Below, in pieces: positions 1 to 13,711 of a stretch of DNA of 64,000 nt. The stretch comes from Octopus vulgaris (Eukaryota): the NCBI GenBank assembly GCA_951406725.2, contig OX597826.1, forward strand, positions 58,590,001-58,654,000, in the 5' to 3' direction. Every line of letters begins with the position of its first letter. Position 1 is the first letter of the stretch. Under the pieces are notes generated by a model. The model did not search any database. It was not told the DNA's origin and was given only the letters and a program-made list of their open reading frames with translations. The position numbers were made by a program, and so were the translations under genes.

Positions 1-94
1 CCAGATTCAGACAGCGCCAGTTTCAATCTTCATCGATGTATTCCAATATAGAGTTAAATTAGCAAATACAAGCAAGAAAGCCAGAGAACGCTAC

Positions 95-145
95 AACATT
101 TTCGCCATGTTCGTCTTTCGCATCACTTCCGCCATTGACAGACGT
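95..145 (-). promoter_or_regulatory. Possible housekeeping-type core promoter/5' end of a minus-strand gene running off the left edge
   Basis: Overlapping YY1/ETS composite CAATGGCGGAAGTG (rc of 124-137) and a second YY1-like CGCCATGTT (103-111) in non-repetitive, CpG-containing sequence. No ORF confirmed. Confidence 0.35.
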
Positions 146-403
146 GACTCGTCTTACGAGTTTTCTCATCCTTTGGTCGAACAATCCCAAACTTTCAAAT
201 ACTTGCTTCTTCTTAACACGCTCACACCTCATTTCACACATAGAAAAGGTGTTTTAAGATGTACTTATATTTATACACACACACATACCCCACCACACAC
301 ACACATGCACACATACATACATACATACGCACGCGCGTACCATAAAACACACACATTTATGCACATGCCTGTGTATATATATATATGTGTGTGTGTATGT
401 ATG

Positions 404-437
<34 letters not shown>

Positions 438-570
438 CGTGTGTATACATACCAACATACATACATACACACACACATATATACATATACACACAGACAT
501 ATATATATGTATATATATGTATGTATGTATATATACATATATATATGTATACACATATATATACATATAC

Positions 571-622
<52 letters not shown>

Positions 623-632
623 GAACACACAC

Positions 633-668
<36 letters not shown>

Positions 669-670
669 GT

Positions 671-711
<41 letters not shown>

Positions 712-910
712 GGTGTGTATGTATGTGCGTATGTATATATGTATATATACATCCAGCACTTGTTGAGTCACACTCCATTTCCGATGACTATCAGCGAAAT
801 AATTTGGTGAAAGTAGAGCATAGTTGTAATGTCTTTAATTAGAGATGTGAGCTTGTACTTTATATCTCAGCATCGAAGTGGTATATCATGTTGACACGAA
901 CTAGAAATCA

Positions 911-970
911 GCGTGTTTGATGAAGGAGAAGAGTAAAAGTTATTGTACAACTTAGAAACGTTGAAAACAC
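911..970 (+). ncRNA. Degenerate hammerhead-like motif in a probable Penelope terminal relic
   Basis: TTGATGA (917-923), AGG...CTTA, GAAAC (955-959), GTT; stem I pairs poorly. Confidence 0.3.
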
Positions 971-1164
971 ACTGTTTTATTCGAGGTAAAAGTTGATGTT
1001 GATACTTAAAAGATAGTGTGTAAATATATTCCGCCGTGTTTCTCTGTTATAAAACTTTATATATGTTGAAGTAAAAAAAAATAAAAGTCTAGTTGTAAAT
1101 CTTAAGATTAAAGATTAAAAAAGCTTCTGAGATGTAATAAATAAATTAATATATAAATGAATAG

Positions 1165-1390
1165 TATTTTCTAATGTAGGCACAAGGCCTGAAATTTTGG
1201 TGGCTGAAGAGACTAGTCGATTTACCATCTAGTCGGTTCCATTGCTCGACTGGTCCTTATTTCATCGTCTTCGAAAGGATGGAAGGCTAAGTCGACCTCG
1301 GCGGAATTTGGATTCAGAACGTACAGGCTGGCGAAATGCCGTTTAAACCTTTTGTCTGATGCGGTAACGAATCTGCCAGCTCGCCGTTTC
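1165..1390 (-). mobile_element. tRNA-derived SINE family C (Meta-domain-like)
   Basis: rc reads GGCGAGCTGGCAGATTCGTTA...GAATCCAAATTCCGCCGAGGTCGACTTAGCCTTCCATCCTTTCG...TTTCAGGCCTTGTGCCT. Further copies at ~1830-2035(-), 2085-2270(-), 4430-4603(-), 5150-5365(+), 19960-20163(-), 35170-35365(+), 48180-48385(+), 63270-63460(+). Confidence 0.85.
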
Positions 1391-1489
<99 letters not shown>

Positions 1490-1512
1490 AATAATAACAA
1501 TAATAGTAATAA

Positions 1513-1575
<63 letters not shown>

Positions 1576-1633
1576 TGATGATGATGATGATGATGATAAT
1601 AATAATAACAATAATAGTAATAATAATAATAGA

Positions 1634-1688
<55 letters not shown>

Positions 1689-1690
1689 TA

Positions 1691-1736
<46 letters not shown>

Positions 1737-1759
1737 TATTAAAATAATAATAATAATAA

Positions 1760-1792
<33 letters not shown>

Positions 1793-2371
1793 TGATGATG
1801 ATGATGAAGATGATGATGATAATGATAATAAGCCTTCCTACTAAATGCATAAGGCCTGAAATTTTGGAAGGAGTGGGCTATCGATCACATCGTCTCCAGT
1901 GCTCGACTGCTACATTCCATCAACCCCGAAAAGATGAAGAGCAATGACGGCCTCGCAGGTATTTGAACACAGAACGAAAAGACGAACGAAATACCACTAA
2001 GCATTTTGTCCGACAGGCTAACGACTTTGCCAGCTCAATGATGATGATAATGACGACGACAACTATGCTGCTGCTGATGATGATGGCTTCAAATCTTGGT
2101 ACAAAGTCCACTGAGAGGGGGTTTGTCGATTACATCAATGCCAGTTCTTGAGTGGTACTTTATTTTATGTACTCGAAAGGATGTAATATAAAATTAAGCT
2201 TGTAGTATTTCGAACTCAAAGCATTAAAGAAATGTTGTTAGTATTTTCTCTTTCGCTCGCCGAAGGCGGTATTGATGAACACTATGGTGAAAATGCTTAT
2301 AAAATGTGTGTTTCGCAGCACACATAAGCAAAAGGCCTGAAATTAAATCGACCTTAGTACTTTATTTTATG

Positions 2372-2737
2372 GAGCACCTTGAGTAGTTGTCTTCTACTAT
2401 AGCCTCGGGCCGACCAAAGCCTTGTGAGTGGATTTGGTAGACGGAAACTGAAAGAAGCCCGCCGTATATATATATGCATATATATATATATATATATGTA
2501 TATATATGTGTGTGTATATGTTTGTGCGTCTGTGTTTGTCTACCAACATCGCTTGACATACGATGCTGGTGTGTTTACGTTCCCGTAACCAAGCGGTTCG
2601 GCAAAAGAGACCGACAGAATAAGTACAAGGCTTCCAAAGAATAAGTCCTGGGGTCGATTTGTTCGATTAAAGGCGGTGCTCCAGCATGGCCGCACTCAAA
2701 TGACCGAAACAAGTAAAAGAGTAAAAGAGTAAAAGAG
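2372..2737 (+). mobile_element. SINE family A, 5'-truncated copy
   Basis: Near-identical to the full-length copy at 34500-34916: GTCTTCTACTATAGCCTCGGGCCGACCAAAGCC, internal (TA)/(TG) tract, tail GAAACAAGTAAAAGAGTAAAAGAG. Confidence 0.9.
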
Positions 2738-2815
2738 ATGAAAGGCAATGCTGACTTCAGCAGGATTTGAACCCAGAACGTAAAGAACCGGGACTAATTT
2801 GTCGCTGTATATTAT

Positions 2816-2847
<32 letters not shown>

Positions 2848-3005
2848 TTTATTAGTTTTTTCTCTGTCGAAATTGAAGCTGATATACTGCATATCATTTT
2901 GGCTGAAATCGTTTCTACAAGAAAAATTATGACTGCGGAACAACCGGTACATTCACTTCCAGGCAAGGTGCCATTTTGAATGTGTACGTATGTCTACCAT
3001 CTGTC

Positions 3006-3072
<67 letters not shown>

Positions 3073-3634
3073 CCCCTTCTCTCTTTCTCTCTATCTCTCT
3101 CTTTTTATTTTGCTCTCTTCTAGTTCCTCCATCCTCTCTATCGTTCTGCTTTCTCTTGTTCTCATTCCTCTTTTAGTTCTTCTTTCTATCCCTCCATCCA
3201 CCCTCCTCTCTCTCTCTCTCTCTCTCTCATTTTCTCTCTTTCTATGTATCTCCCTCTTTCCCTCTCTCTTCCCCACTCCTACCCTCCACCTGAATATCTA
3301 TGTAAGTGATTATTAGTTTGTCACTGAATCTATTTCAACTTCAAAATTAGGTACATGCCAACTTTTGATTTACTGTACCTCGTATCGTCCTTCTCTTCCC
3401 CACCGCCTCACCTTTCATCATCATCGTCGTCGTCGTCATCGTCGTCATCGTCGTCGCCGTCATTATCATCATCAGTATCATCATCATATCATTATTTTCA
3501 TCATTATCATTATAATCGTCTATGTATCGACCTTCATTTACCGCATCCTTGTTTTCCGGTGAGAATATAACACACACACACATACTCACACACACATACA
3601 TACACATACGCACACGTACATACACATACACACA

Positions 3635-3993
3635 TACATACATACATACATACATACATACATACATACATACATACATACATACATACATACATACATA
3701 CATACATACATACATACATACATACATACATACATACATACATACATACATACATACATACATACATACATACATACATACATACATACATACATACATA
3801 CATACATACATACATACATACATACATACATACATACATACATACATACATACATACATACATACATACATACATACATACATACATACATACATACATA
3901 CATACATACATACATACATACATACATACATACATACATACATACATACATACATACATACATACATACATACATACATACATACATACATAC
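3635..3993. repeat. (CATA)n microsatellite, ~360 bp, essentially perfect
   Basis: Direct reading. Confidence 0.98.
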
Positions 3994-4257
3994 AAATATA
4001 TGCAAACATACATATGTACAGGCATAACTGAGTTGTTTACAAGCTTACATCCTTAGCACGTGGCCGTAGTTTCAATCCCATTGCGTAGTACATCAGGCAC
4101 GTGTTTGCTGTAGCCCCGGGACAACCAAAGTCTTGTGAGTAGATCTGATATACGTTAACTCAGTGAAGCCTGTCGAATGAATATATTGTTTTTGTTTGTT
4201 TTGTTTTTGTTTTTCCAGTTTCAGCTCTTGAGCTGTGGCCATGCTGGGGCACCGCCA

Positions 4258-4422
4258 TTGTGGTGAAAGAGTACAGCAGGGATCACCACCCCCTGCCGGA
4301 GCCTCGTAGAGCTTTTAGGTGTTTTCGCTCAATAAACACACACAACGCCCGGTCTGAGAATCGAAACCGCGATCCTGCGACCGCGAGTCCGCTGCCCTAA
4401 CCACTAGGCCATTGCGCCTCTA
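4258..4422 (-). mobile_element. tRNA-derived SINE family B, head region
   Basis: rc GAGGCGCAATGGCCTAGTGGTTAGGGCAGCGGACTCGCGGTCGCAGGATCGCGGTTTCGATTCTCAGACC has A-box/B-box-like motifs; homologous to 43731-43920 and 45185-45490. Confidence 0.85.
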
Positions 4423-4602
4423 CTTTTCTTTATTAAGTCGACTACATCGACCCCAGTGCGTAACTGGTACTTAATTTATCAACCCCGAAAGGATGAAAGG
4501 CAAAGTCGACCTCGGCGGAATTTGAACTCGGAACATAACGACAGACGAAATACGGCTACGAATTTCGTCCGGCGTGCTAACGTTTCTACCAGCTCGCCGC
4601 CT

Positions 4603-4635
<33 letters not shown>

Positions 4636-4752
4636 CACACAGATATATATATATCCGAAATTAAACCGAAAGTAGTCAACACTCCATATAATAAACAATG
4701 ATAAAAGAATATTTATGACATGTATCGATTAAAACAGTTTAATTCAGATTCG

Positions 4753-4795
4753 TTGATACTCTTGAGTTTCAAATGTGATGCTAGTCGTCAGCCAT
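4753..4795 (-). ncRNA. Type I hammerhead-like motif (stem II decayed)
   Basis: rc: tgg CTGACGA ctagcatcacattt GAA ACTC-aa-GAGT A tca. Core intact, stem III ACTC/GAGT, GUA triplet. Confidence 0.55.
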
Positions 4796-5424
4796 TTTCA
4801 ATTTGAATGACAGAAGTTGATTGTTATTACCGTAAGATGGGCTGTGATTGGTGCATTATCATTACTTGGAAAATACCGCATGGCGAAGAGGTAATTGATC
4901 AACATTGTGTGACCTTCTTTGACCAATCGATCAACTAGTATACCTGATCAACTGGTTTTGTGAAATGCACCCAACAGAGTACTTTAAGTATAGCAGTGCT
5001 GAATATTTTATTTCTAATTAGGTTATTCAATAGATGTTTAAGCCTTTGGTTATTACACTTCTATTGAAATATACTAACTTTGCTTTAATTAATTTTGGAA
5101 ATAATTAAGAATTTAATAAAATAACCTTGGCATTATTAAGTTGCTGTTCGAAGGCGGCGAGCTGGCAGAATCGATAGCACCCCGGACGAAATGCTTAGCG
5201 CTACGTTCTGAGTTCAAATTCCGCCGGGGTTGACTTTGCCTTTCATCCTTTCGGGGTCGATTAAATAAGTACCATTTTAACACTGGTGTCGATGTAATAC
5301 ATTCCACCCCCCACCCCCACCCAAAAAAAAAAAAACAATTTCAGGTCTTGTTCCTATAGTAGAAAAGTCTAAACTGGTGTTTAGAAAATAAATCAAGACG
5401 AAATTTTGATGAAAGTATTTAATT

Positions 5425-5590
5425 TATTGTTATATTTGGAGAAGGTCGTATTTTTACCAATTAAACACACGCACTGTCTACTTGTTATTCACTTCAGCTT
5501 TATTATTATTCTTATGTTAATCTCCTTTTCCTGACACTTTTCGTCACACACCCTGTGACCTCTTCACCGACTCTCCATCCTACGAGTATC
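5425..5590 (-). mobile_element. Penelope-like terminal repeat relic with degenerate HHR (5530-5572)
   Basis: Homologous to 17920-18100 (TGTTATATTT..., AAACACACGCA..., TTTCGTCACAC...TGTGACCTCTTCA). rc core reads GTGAAGA G GTCAC..GTGAC GAAA. Confidence 0.6.
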
Positions 5591-5950
5591 CTTTAGATCA
5601 CTAAAAAAAAAAAAACTGAAAGTTTGTATCATGGAACCGGAAGCGATCTCAAGCGGTTTGTTATTAAATGGGTCAAACGAAATCGCTAAATATAGTGAAT
5701 GTAAGTGAATATGCAAATTCTAATTAAGTTTACGTAGAACAGAAGTAGAAATTTAATACGAATTACAATTACATCCTAAATCTTAAACACTGTAGACCCA
5801 GAATGTCATTAAAATCCTTGTGCATTCGAACCCTCCATTCTACTGCAGAACCGATTGAACCTTTATGCTCATCGGTGGATTGGGTATTGGTGTTGGTTGC
5901 ATTATATCATTGTATTGTACCGATCCTTAATTATATGACCACACACACCA

Positions 5951-6013
<63 letters not shown>

Positions 6014-6080
6014 CATTATTATTATCATTATTATTATTATTATTACTACTACTTATACTTACTTATTATTATTACTACTG

Positions 6081-6129
<49 letters not shown>

Positions 6130-6221
6130 CATTATTTTTCTTATTATTTTCGTTCTTCTTCTTCTTCACCACCAACTCCACCACGATCATTATCATCATC
6201 ATCATCATCAACATTATCATT

Positions 6222-6267
<46 letters not shown>

Positions 6268-6920
6268 CCACCACCATCATCACCCTCACCATCATCGTTG
6301 TGGTTGAGGTCGCCGTGGTGGTCGTCGTGGTTGTTGTCGTTGTCACCGTCGCCGTTGACGTCTTCGTCGTCATCGCATCGATGTCCCTCCCCTCCTCCCT
6401 CATCTCTTCTACCTCAACGTCGTTCTCCCCTTTACCCGCACACCCCGCCACCTCTTCCTCTTTCCCCCCACTCTTCTACAGCATCGCCATCGCCATAGCC
6501 ATCATTGCCAACACCACCATCTCACAGATGCAAAACCCCGGCTTCTCGTTGTATATTTGACAATGCAGATTTCATTTGTTTCTCAGCTGATGAAATGTTG
6601 TGTCCCGATAACATTGGTAAATATTACCCATTCACAGATATGGTAATTACAAGGAATTATACAGGTTAATGCAATAGATAGGCTTACTTTATATAAGTAA
6701 TGTTAAGGTAGTGTATTTTGAACCTCGTTAATTACCCTAAAGTAATTGCAGTTCTGTTTCGATAATGGATTTCGGAAATCCGTAAGCTAACCTAATATTT
6801 GGGCGGATTATATAGGAGAACTGATATTAAAAAGGTTTAATTTATTCCCTTGTTGTAGCATGTATAAACAAGATAATAACCACTCCACTGAAGTTAATCT
6901 CTTACCTGCCGAAAACAAGC

Positions 6921-7082
<162 letters not shown>

Positions 7083-7214
7083 GAGTCTGTCTGTCTCTGT
7101 CTATCTATCTATCAATCTATCTACCATTATATATACACAAACACATACATAAATACATACATACATACATACGTATTTATGTACGTACGTACGTACTTAT
7201 GTAAATACCGCTAC

Positions 7215-7835
7215 TAGATGTGCTCTTAACTATGATATTAATGTAATCTACATACTTGCTGTAGAGTAGAAGAGTTGTACACTGTTATGCTAAGGATTGC
7301 TTAAGTTTTCTGTCCTACCAGGTCATGAAAAGCCCTGCCACATCTCCAGCTACACCGAACGAATGGCTGCACCTTGAACCTGCATGTATAGTTTATTGAT
7401 AAACTTTACAATGTGTTTCTTCGAAGTGGTTCATACATTGGCCCCTATTGCATGTGCAATCATTTCTTTCACCTGATTGTTGTTCTCAGGGTCTTGGGTG
7501 GATACTGTCCAGCCACTCCAGAGGTCTTTGGTGCTTTTCTTCATAGCTGAGGTGATGGTGTGTGGTCTTCCTCTCTGTGACCAGGTGGGGTCGTCTAAAT
7601 AGTCACTGCCGTAGCTTAGTCTAAGTAGGAGGCCCAGTTCCCTTGTGTTGACCTCAGGGAATTCTCACATATTATCTTGAAGTATTTCTCCGCAGCAAAA
7701 TCTATGTCTATAGATGGGTAGAGTGAAATCACATCCGTACTACCCACTGCACAACCTGTGAGGTCGTTGGAGTGGTTGCAAGTACAGATTTTATTGAGGA
7801 GATCTTCCATTCCCATACAGACATCTGGGAGCATT
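7215..7835 (-). pseudogene. Penelope-like element reverse transcriptase relic (frameshifted)
   Basis: Minus-strand translation gives, in order, GSTDVISLYPSIDIDFAAEK, then NKLYMQVQGAAI/GVAGDVAGLFMTW*DRKLK, then YSKYVDYINIIV. These match PLE RT motifs A, B and C (YVDD mutated to YVDY). Confidence 0.85.
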
Positions 7836-8004
7836 TCTATGAGAGGTCATAACACCTGTGAGAAGAAGTAGTCGCTCCGCAAACTGTTAAATTATAAGAC
7901 ACTAAAAGAGAATGTCGCTTCTCAGACACAACAGAATATGCTTCAACACACGAACTCACATAAAGAATCTCGCAAACCAAATTCCAAAACGAAATTAACA
8001 ATAT

Positions 8005-8083
<79 letters not shown>

Positions 8084-8658
8084 CACATATAATGAGGAAA
8101 AAATATATGTGCTTGAACTTCGTATTCATTTAATTCATGTGTTACGTATGCTTCAGGATTTGTTAGCATATGAAGTTAATTCATAGACGCACCTCGTAAG
8201 TACAGTATGCATAATCAATCTTGAATAGTTCCTTAGACACACGACAATTACATATATAAATTACATATATAAATACCTGTAAAAGCCACTCCTCCATGGC
8301 GCCGTGGGACTGATTCCGAAACCACGTCGTTTCTTAACCATACAGCCATTCCAGCAACAATGTTTGCTACCAAATTTCTCTTCTTAAATTTAGCATATGT
8401 TTCAAAATTAAATTCAATATTTTCAACTAATCTCTATTACGCATTCACAGACAAATTGCGATGTTAATTTGTTAATGAACCCTGTAACTTAAGAGTTCGG
8501 CAAAAGAGATCAATTGAATAAGTACCAGTATTTTAAGAAAAAAGTAAGTTTTGGGGTCGATTTCTTCGACAAATTCTTCAAGCTTAGCTACAGTTCAATG
8601 AGTTAATGTATATGTGCGTGTATATGAATATATATATATATATCTATATATATCTATA

Positions 8659-8721
<63 letters not shown>

Positions 8722-8729
<8 letters not shown>

Positions 8730-9211
8730 AAGAAGGGTAGTAATATTATTTACTACCAGGTGCCCAGCACAAAAGACGAATTAGTCATAAGACAAAAATA
8801 TTATTCATATAGAAAAATATTATTCATGTAGTTATACAATTAAGGGCTCCTAAATAAAGATGCCGAGTCTCGGCATCTGGTAGTAAATAATATTACTACC
8901 CTTCTTGTTTATATTCGCATACTACATGATGAATTTATTCGTAAAATTCTTCCCGGCATGCCCGTGTAAATTTTGCGTCTGCGCAGAGATTTGTCCCACA
9001 TAGTCCCACATCGCTGCAGACCTCGATTAAATTTAGGCGACTCGCTGATGAAGCTGGCCTTAGCAAACATATTCTGTGTTTTGCTAGAAAGAAGCAGAAA
9101 CCGCGGTACGAGTTGTTAAAGTTATCGGTAAACGTTTTTGATTTTCACTCTCGATAAATTCATCCCCTTTTTGTGTTCCCAGCACTCGGCATCTTTATTT
9201 AGGAGCCCTTA

Positions 9212-9219
<8 letters not shown>
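8722..9219 (+). mobile_element. Non-autonomous HHR-bearing element with interlocked inverted repeats, inserted in (TA)n
   Basis: IR pair a: 8722-8764/8872-8914. IR pair b: 8833-8868/9184-9219. HHR at 9037-9116. (TA)n on both sides. Confidence 0.8.
9037..9116 (+). ncRNA. Type I hammerhead ribozyme
   Basis: Stem I GCGACTCG/CGAGTTGT; CTGATGA 9045-9051; long stem II (GCT..AGC with inner TAGCAAA/TTTGCTA; A.A at base); GAAA 9097-9100; palindromic stem III ACCGCGGT; predicted cleavage after GUA 9108. Confidence 0.75.
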
Positions 9220-9301
<82 letters not shown>

Positions 9302-9399
9302 CATATAATAGATAGATTATTTGAGCTTTGAGTATATGTCTCTTATTATGCCGACACAATAAGGATCCGTACCTAATCCATTTTCTGTATATATAGTTA

Positions 9400-9602
9400 A
9401 TCCAAACAAGAAAGCACAAAAAACACGACGCGAGGACGTGGAACAAATATAGTATTATTGGACGCTCAGGAAAGAAGGAAAGAAGGAGGGTTTAACGTTT
9501 CGAGCGGAGCTTTTCGTTGGAAACATAGGAGAAGGAAAGATCCAGAGAAGGGAAGACAGAGGGAAAAAAATGAAAAAAAAATCGCCAACGGTACACACGT
9601 GG

Positions 9603-9605
<3 letters not shown>
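9400..9605 (-). mobile_element. Short HHR-type element related to family H1 (core decayed)
   Basis: rc 9491-9523: ttt CCAACGA A AAGC tcc GCTC GAAAC GTT aaa. Flanks resemble 29225-29410 (GTATTA...GCTCAGGAA). Confidence 0.6.
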
Positions 9606-9668
<63 letters not shown>

Positions 9669-10050
9669 TATATATATACATACATACATTACACACACAC
9701 ACACACCTACCTATCTATATGCATAGATACACTCACACACATAGATATACTCTATGTGAGTTTCCTTCAGATATTTGCTTATGTTCTGAATTTTCATTTC
9801 AAAAAATCAAATTCTATAATTCTAAACCTCGTAATCCAAAACAAATAAACTTAAACAAAAAAGAAAACATTACATCCCCGTGTTGACAGTAATGCTGATG
9901 GTGATTATGATAATAATGTTGGTGATGATCCCGGTGGGTGGTGATGGCGATCATATCGGTGGGGCGTAATGACGGATGTAGCAACGGATGAGATTCTAAT
10001 GATGATGATGATGATGATGATGATGAAGATGATGATGATGATAATGATGG

Positions 10051-10081
<31 letters not shown>

Positions 10082-10209
10082 GATGATGATGAAGATGAAT
10101 GAGATGATGATGATGATGGTGATGATGATCACGGTGGTGGTGAAGATGACCGCATTGCTGAGGCTGGTGGAAATTACGATGGTGATGAAAATGAGAGTGA
10201 TTATGATGT

Positions 10210-10264
<55 letters not shown>

Positions 10265-10269
10265 ATAAG

Positions 10270-11480
10270 AATAAGATGAAAGGTAATTTGTTTGGGAAGA
10301 ATTCTTAGAAAATTACTGCTATTCAATATGGGTGTGATTTTGCAAGGGGTCATTGGATGTTTCATAGCGAGGACTTCTGACTTAAACAGCGCCGAATTGG
10401 TGCCGTATTGTTTGCCCCTTGCTATGTACTCGGTGTCATCTCTGATGCACCTTAGATCGGCTTCAATATCTACTGGGGCTATTGATACCGCTTTTTTCGT
10501 CTCTGCTGAGATGAATCTGAAAAGCACCGTTCTTTTCTCCACTGTTTCGATTGCTTCTAACGGAATAGTGAGGTTGGCCAATGTTTGTTCTTACTTAATA
10601 AGCTTCCATGCCTGGGTCAACTTTTAATCTCCATTGTGAGGTCTACGATGAGGCGTTGAATTGTTTTCGCCACTGCTTCAGCGAACGCGTTCTTGTTGTT
10701 GGTAATGTTCTCGTTGTTGTTGTTGCTGCTGCTGTTGTTGCTGTTGCTGTTACTGTTGTTGATATTGTTGTTGTTGTTGGAGATAGTTTTGTTGCTGTTG
10801 CTGCTGTTACTTTTGCTATTGTTGTTGCTGTTGTTGCCATCGCTTCTGCCGCTGCTGTTGCTGTTGCTGCCTTTTTTGTTATTGTTGTTGTTGCTACCAC
10901 TACTAGAATTGCTGCTGCTGTTGTCACTGCTATTGGTGTTGCTGTTACTGCTACCACTGCTGTTACTACGAAGTTGACTTTAGGAATTACAACCGTGTTT
11001 CGTGGTCTGCTACCACAACAGCTCCTTTATAGGATCCAGTTAGCTCAAGACATCATCAGGAGGAACCACGCCCGGTTTCGGCCCCTACTCCTCTACCGTC
11101 TTGACGTGGCAGCCTCCCCCCTTTCGGAGGTGTCTTCAGCTCTGGTGTTGGGTGCATGTCTTCTTTCTTCTGTTCCCTGGCCTCTTCGATGTATCGTCAG
11201 CGAGTGTCAGCCGGTGACTGACTGTCTTGTCAAATTTCTCCGTTCCACTCTCGTTTGACTGACTGTCTTGTCAAATTTCTCCGTTCCATTCTCGTTTGAC
11301 TGACTGTCTTGTCAAATTTCTCCGTTCCACTCACGTTTTTCTCCTCCCCTTCTCCTGTATTGTTGCCAGTAACAGAAACAAGGGGAGGGAAAACTTCAGT
11401 AGTCATCAGATTTGTGGGAGGAGCAGTTTTCTTTATTCTCAACTCTTTCAAGACGCGCTCTGCTATGTTGTTGAATTGTG
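10270..11480 (-). mobile_element. Decayed 5' portion (5' UTR + ORF1-like) of a probable L1/Tx1-type LINE
   Basis: Minus strand: Asn/Ser-rich tract, then NAFAEAVAKTIQRLIVDL, then (frameshift/stop) EQTLANLTIPLEAIETVEKRTVLFRF...YIARGKQYGTNSALFKSEVLAMKH, which resembles an ORF1 RRM-like region. Tandem monomers lie upstream. Clade assignment is inferred. Confidence 0.5.
11215..11337. repeat. 3 x 41-bp tandem repeat
   Basis: Unit TGACTGACTGTCTTGTCAAATTTCTCCGTTCCACTCTCGTT starts at 11215, 11256 and 11297. Confidence 0.95.
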
Positions 11481-11719
11481 TTTGATTATATTAAATTAAA
11501 CCCCCGCCGTACTTATTTGTTGGACCGAATATAGCCCCTCGAGGAGAGGCTAAACAACCATAGAAAACTAGTAACAGGTTCCTCGTGATTCTATTGACAA
11601 CTTGGAATAAAATAAATAATGCAAAAAAAAAGCACCAAACCGGTGTAAATAAATGTTTTAAGCTGCACCAACCAGGGCCGTTTGAAAACACATGTATACC
11701 GAAGTGAATAATAATAATG

Positions 11720-11805
<86 letters not shown>

Positions 11806-11874
11806 TATTATTATTATTATTATGATTGTGATGATGATGACGACAACGACGACGACAACAATAACAACAAAGCA

Positions 11875-11910
<36 letters not shown>

Positions 11911-12409
11911 GTGATCAATGTACTTCAAATAATCGTACTTTTATTTCCTATTCTAGTTCCCATAGAAGATTTCCTAGATGTCTGAATGAAAGGTCTTTTT
12001 GGTTATACTTTAATTTTTATTCATTCGCTAACACATGCATACGCACATATCTACATAGAAACAAACAAACAAAACATCTCACTCTCTCTCCCTCTCTGTA
12101 TACATATATATATATATATATGTGCGTGTGTGTGTGTGTGTGTGTGTGTATGTACATATATATAAATGTGTGTGTATACATACATGCATATATACATATA
12201 TAGTTAGATAGATATACATACACACAAACACACACACATATATAGTATATCCATGCATACACAGAGGTATGTATGTATATATATATATAAATTTGCATAT
12301 ATATATACATGATTACAACTTTTGTTTTTGGGTCCTTTCAAACTGTGGAAAAGAATATTAAAAGTTTACAAATTTTTTTAAATTAGTATTATTATTAGTA
12401 CAGTTGTTG

Positions 12410-12495
<86 letters not shown>

Positions 12496-12530
12496 GAGTT
12501 TTCATAAAACGTAAATAATTTTTCTGTTTA

Positions 12531-12570
<40 letters not shown>

Positions 12571-13029
12571 CATTATTGAGTTTTCATAAAACGTAAATAA
12601 TTTTTCTGTTTTCTTTTTCTGTTTTCTGTTTCCTTTTTCTTTTTTTTTTCTTTCTCTTGTTTTGCTTTCATTCAATAAAAATATATACACAAAGAGCACA
12701 CATACGTATTTGAACACTTACTGTAATTCTCGTCTTATGGAAAAGAAGAAGAAGATTGAAGGCGGAACAAAAACGCGATTAAAAATTGTAAGACTAAGGT
12801 CGATGGAAAAGAAGGAAGGAAGGAAGGAAGGTAGGAAGGAAGGAAGGAAAGAAGGAAGGACCGAGATTTGATTGACTGAAGAGTTTCTTTTGATTTTTGT
12901 GTTCTTGTTAATGCTGATGGTGCTGGTAATGACGGTGATGGTGCCATGGCTTTTGTCCATGTTTTTGTTGCATTTGTTGTTATTTAAGACGGAGAGGTTT
13001 TGTGAGTTTTTCAACAAATTCTGAGATTA

Positions 13030-13076
<47 letters not shown>

Positions 13077-13244
13077 TGTGTGTCTGTGTTTGTACGTATA
13101 TATATTATATGTAGGTATAATGCATACATACATAAATACACTTTCACATTCTTAAATTTGCCACACACACACATATTCTCACTAAAGGCACACACACAGA
13201 ACACACACACATGCACACACACACACGCATCCACGCATATATGC

Positions 13245-13311
<67 letters not shown>

Positions 13312-13430
13312 TGTGTATATGTATGTACATATGTATACGCATACACATATATATTCATATATAATTTCATATATTAAATATATATTTATACATTATATAT
13401 ATATATATACATTCATACATATATACATAT

Positions 13431-13475
<45 letters not shown>

Positions 13476-13484
13476 CATACACAC

Positions 13485-13515
<31 letters not shown>

Positions 13516-13521
13516 TATATA

Positions 13522-13663
13522 TATTGTTTCTTTCTGTGTTCCTTTCTGTGGAAGAGCGTAGGCTAGAAACGTTAAAAACTTTTCACTTCCCGGGCGTTAA
13601 ACTAATACATCTGTTTGTTGTCTACACCACCTGTCTTCGTCTTTTGTTTTTTTGTGAATTCTC

Positions 13664-13667
<4 letters not shown>
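13522..13667 (+). mobile_element. Short HHR element family H1 in (TA)n
   Basis: cttt CTGTGGA(13546-13552) A GAGC gtag GCTA GAAAC GTT aaaa. Reverse-complement homologue of 47221-47398. Confidence 0.8.

Positions 13668-13709
<42 letters not shown>

Positions 13710-13711
<2 letters not shown>

Noticed and set aside
6585-6615. CTGATGA as a hammerhead core
   Set aside because: No paired stem II followed by GAAA, and no stem I/III.
11215-11337. CRISPR-like regular repeat
   Set aside because: Head-to-tail units without spacers, eukaryotic context, no cas genes.
12491-12611. 40-bp duplication separated by (ATT)n; similar local duplications at 1393-1700 and 49231-49445
   Set aside because: Ordinary slippage or unequal exchange within microsatellites, or assembly stutter.
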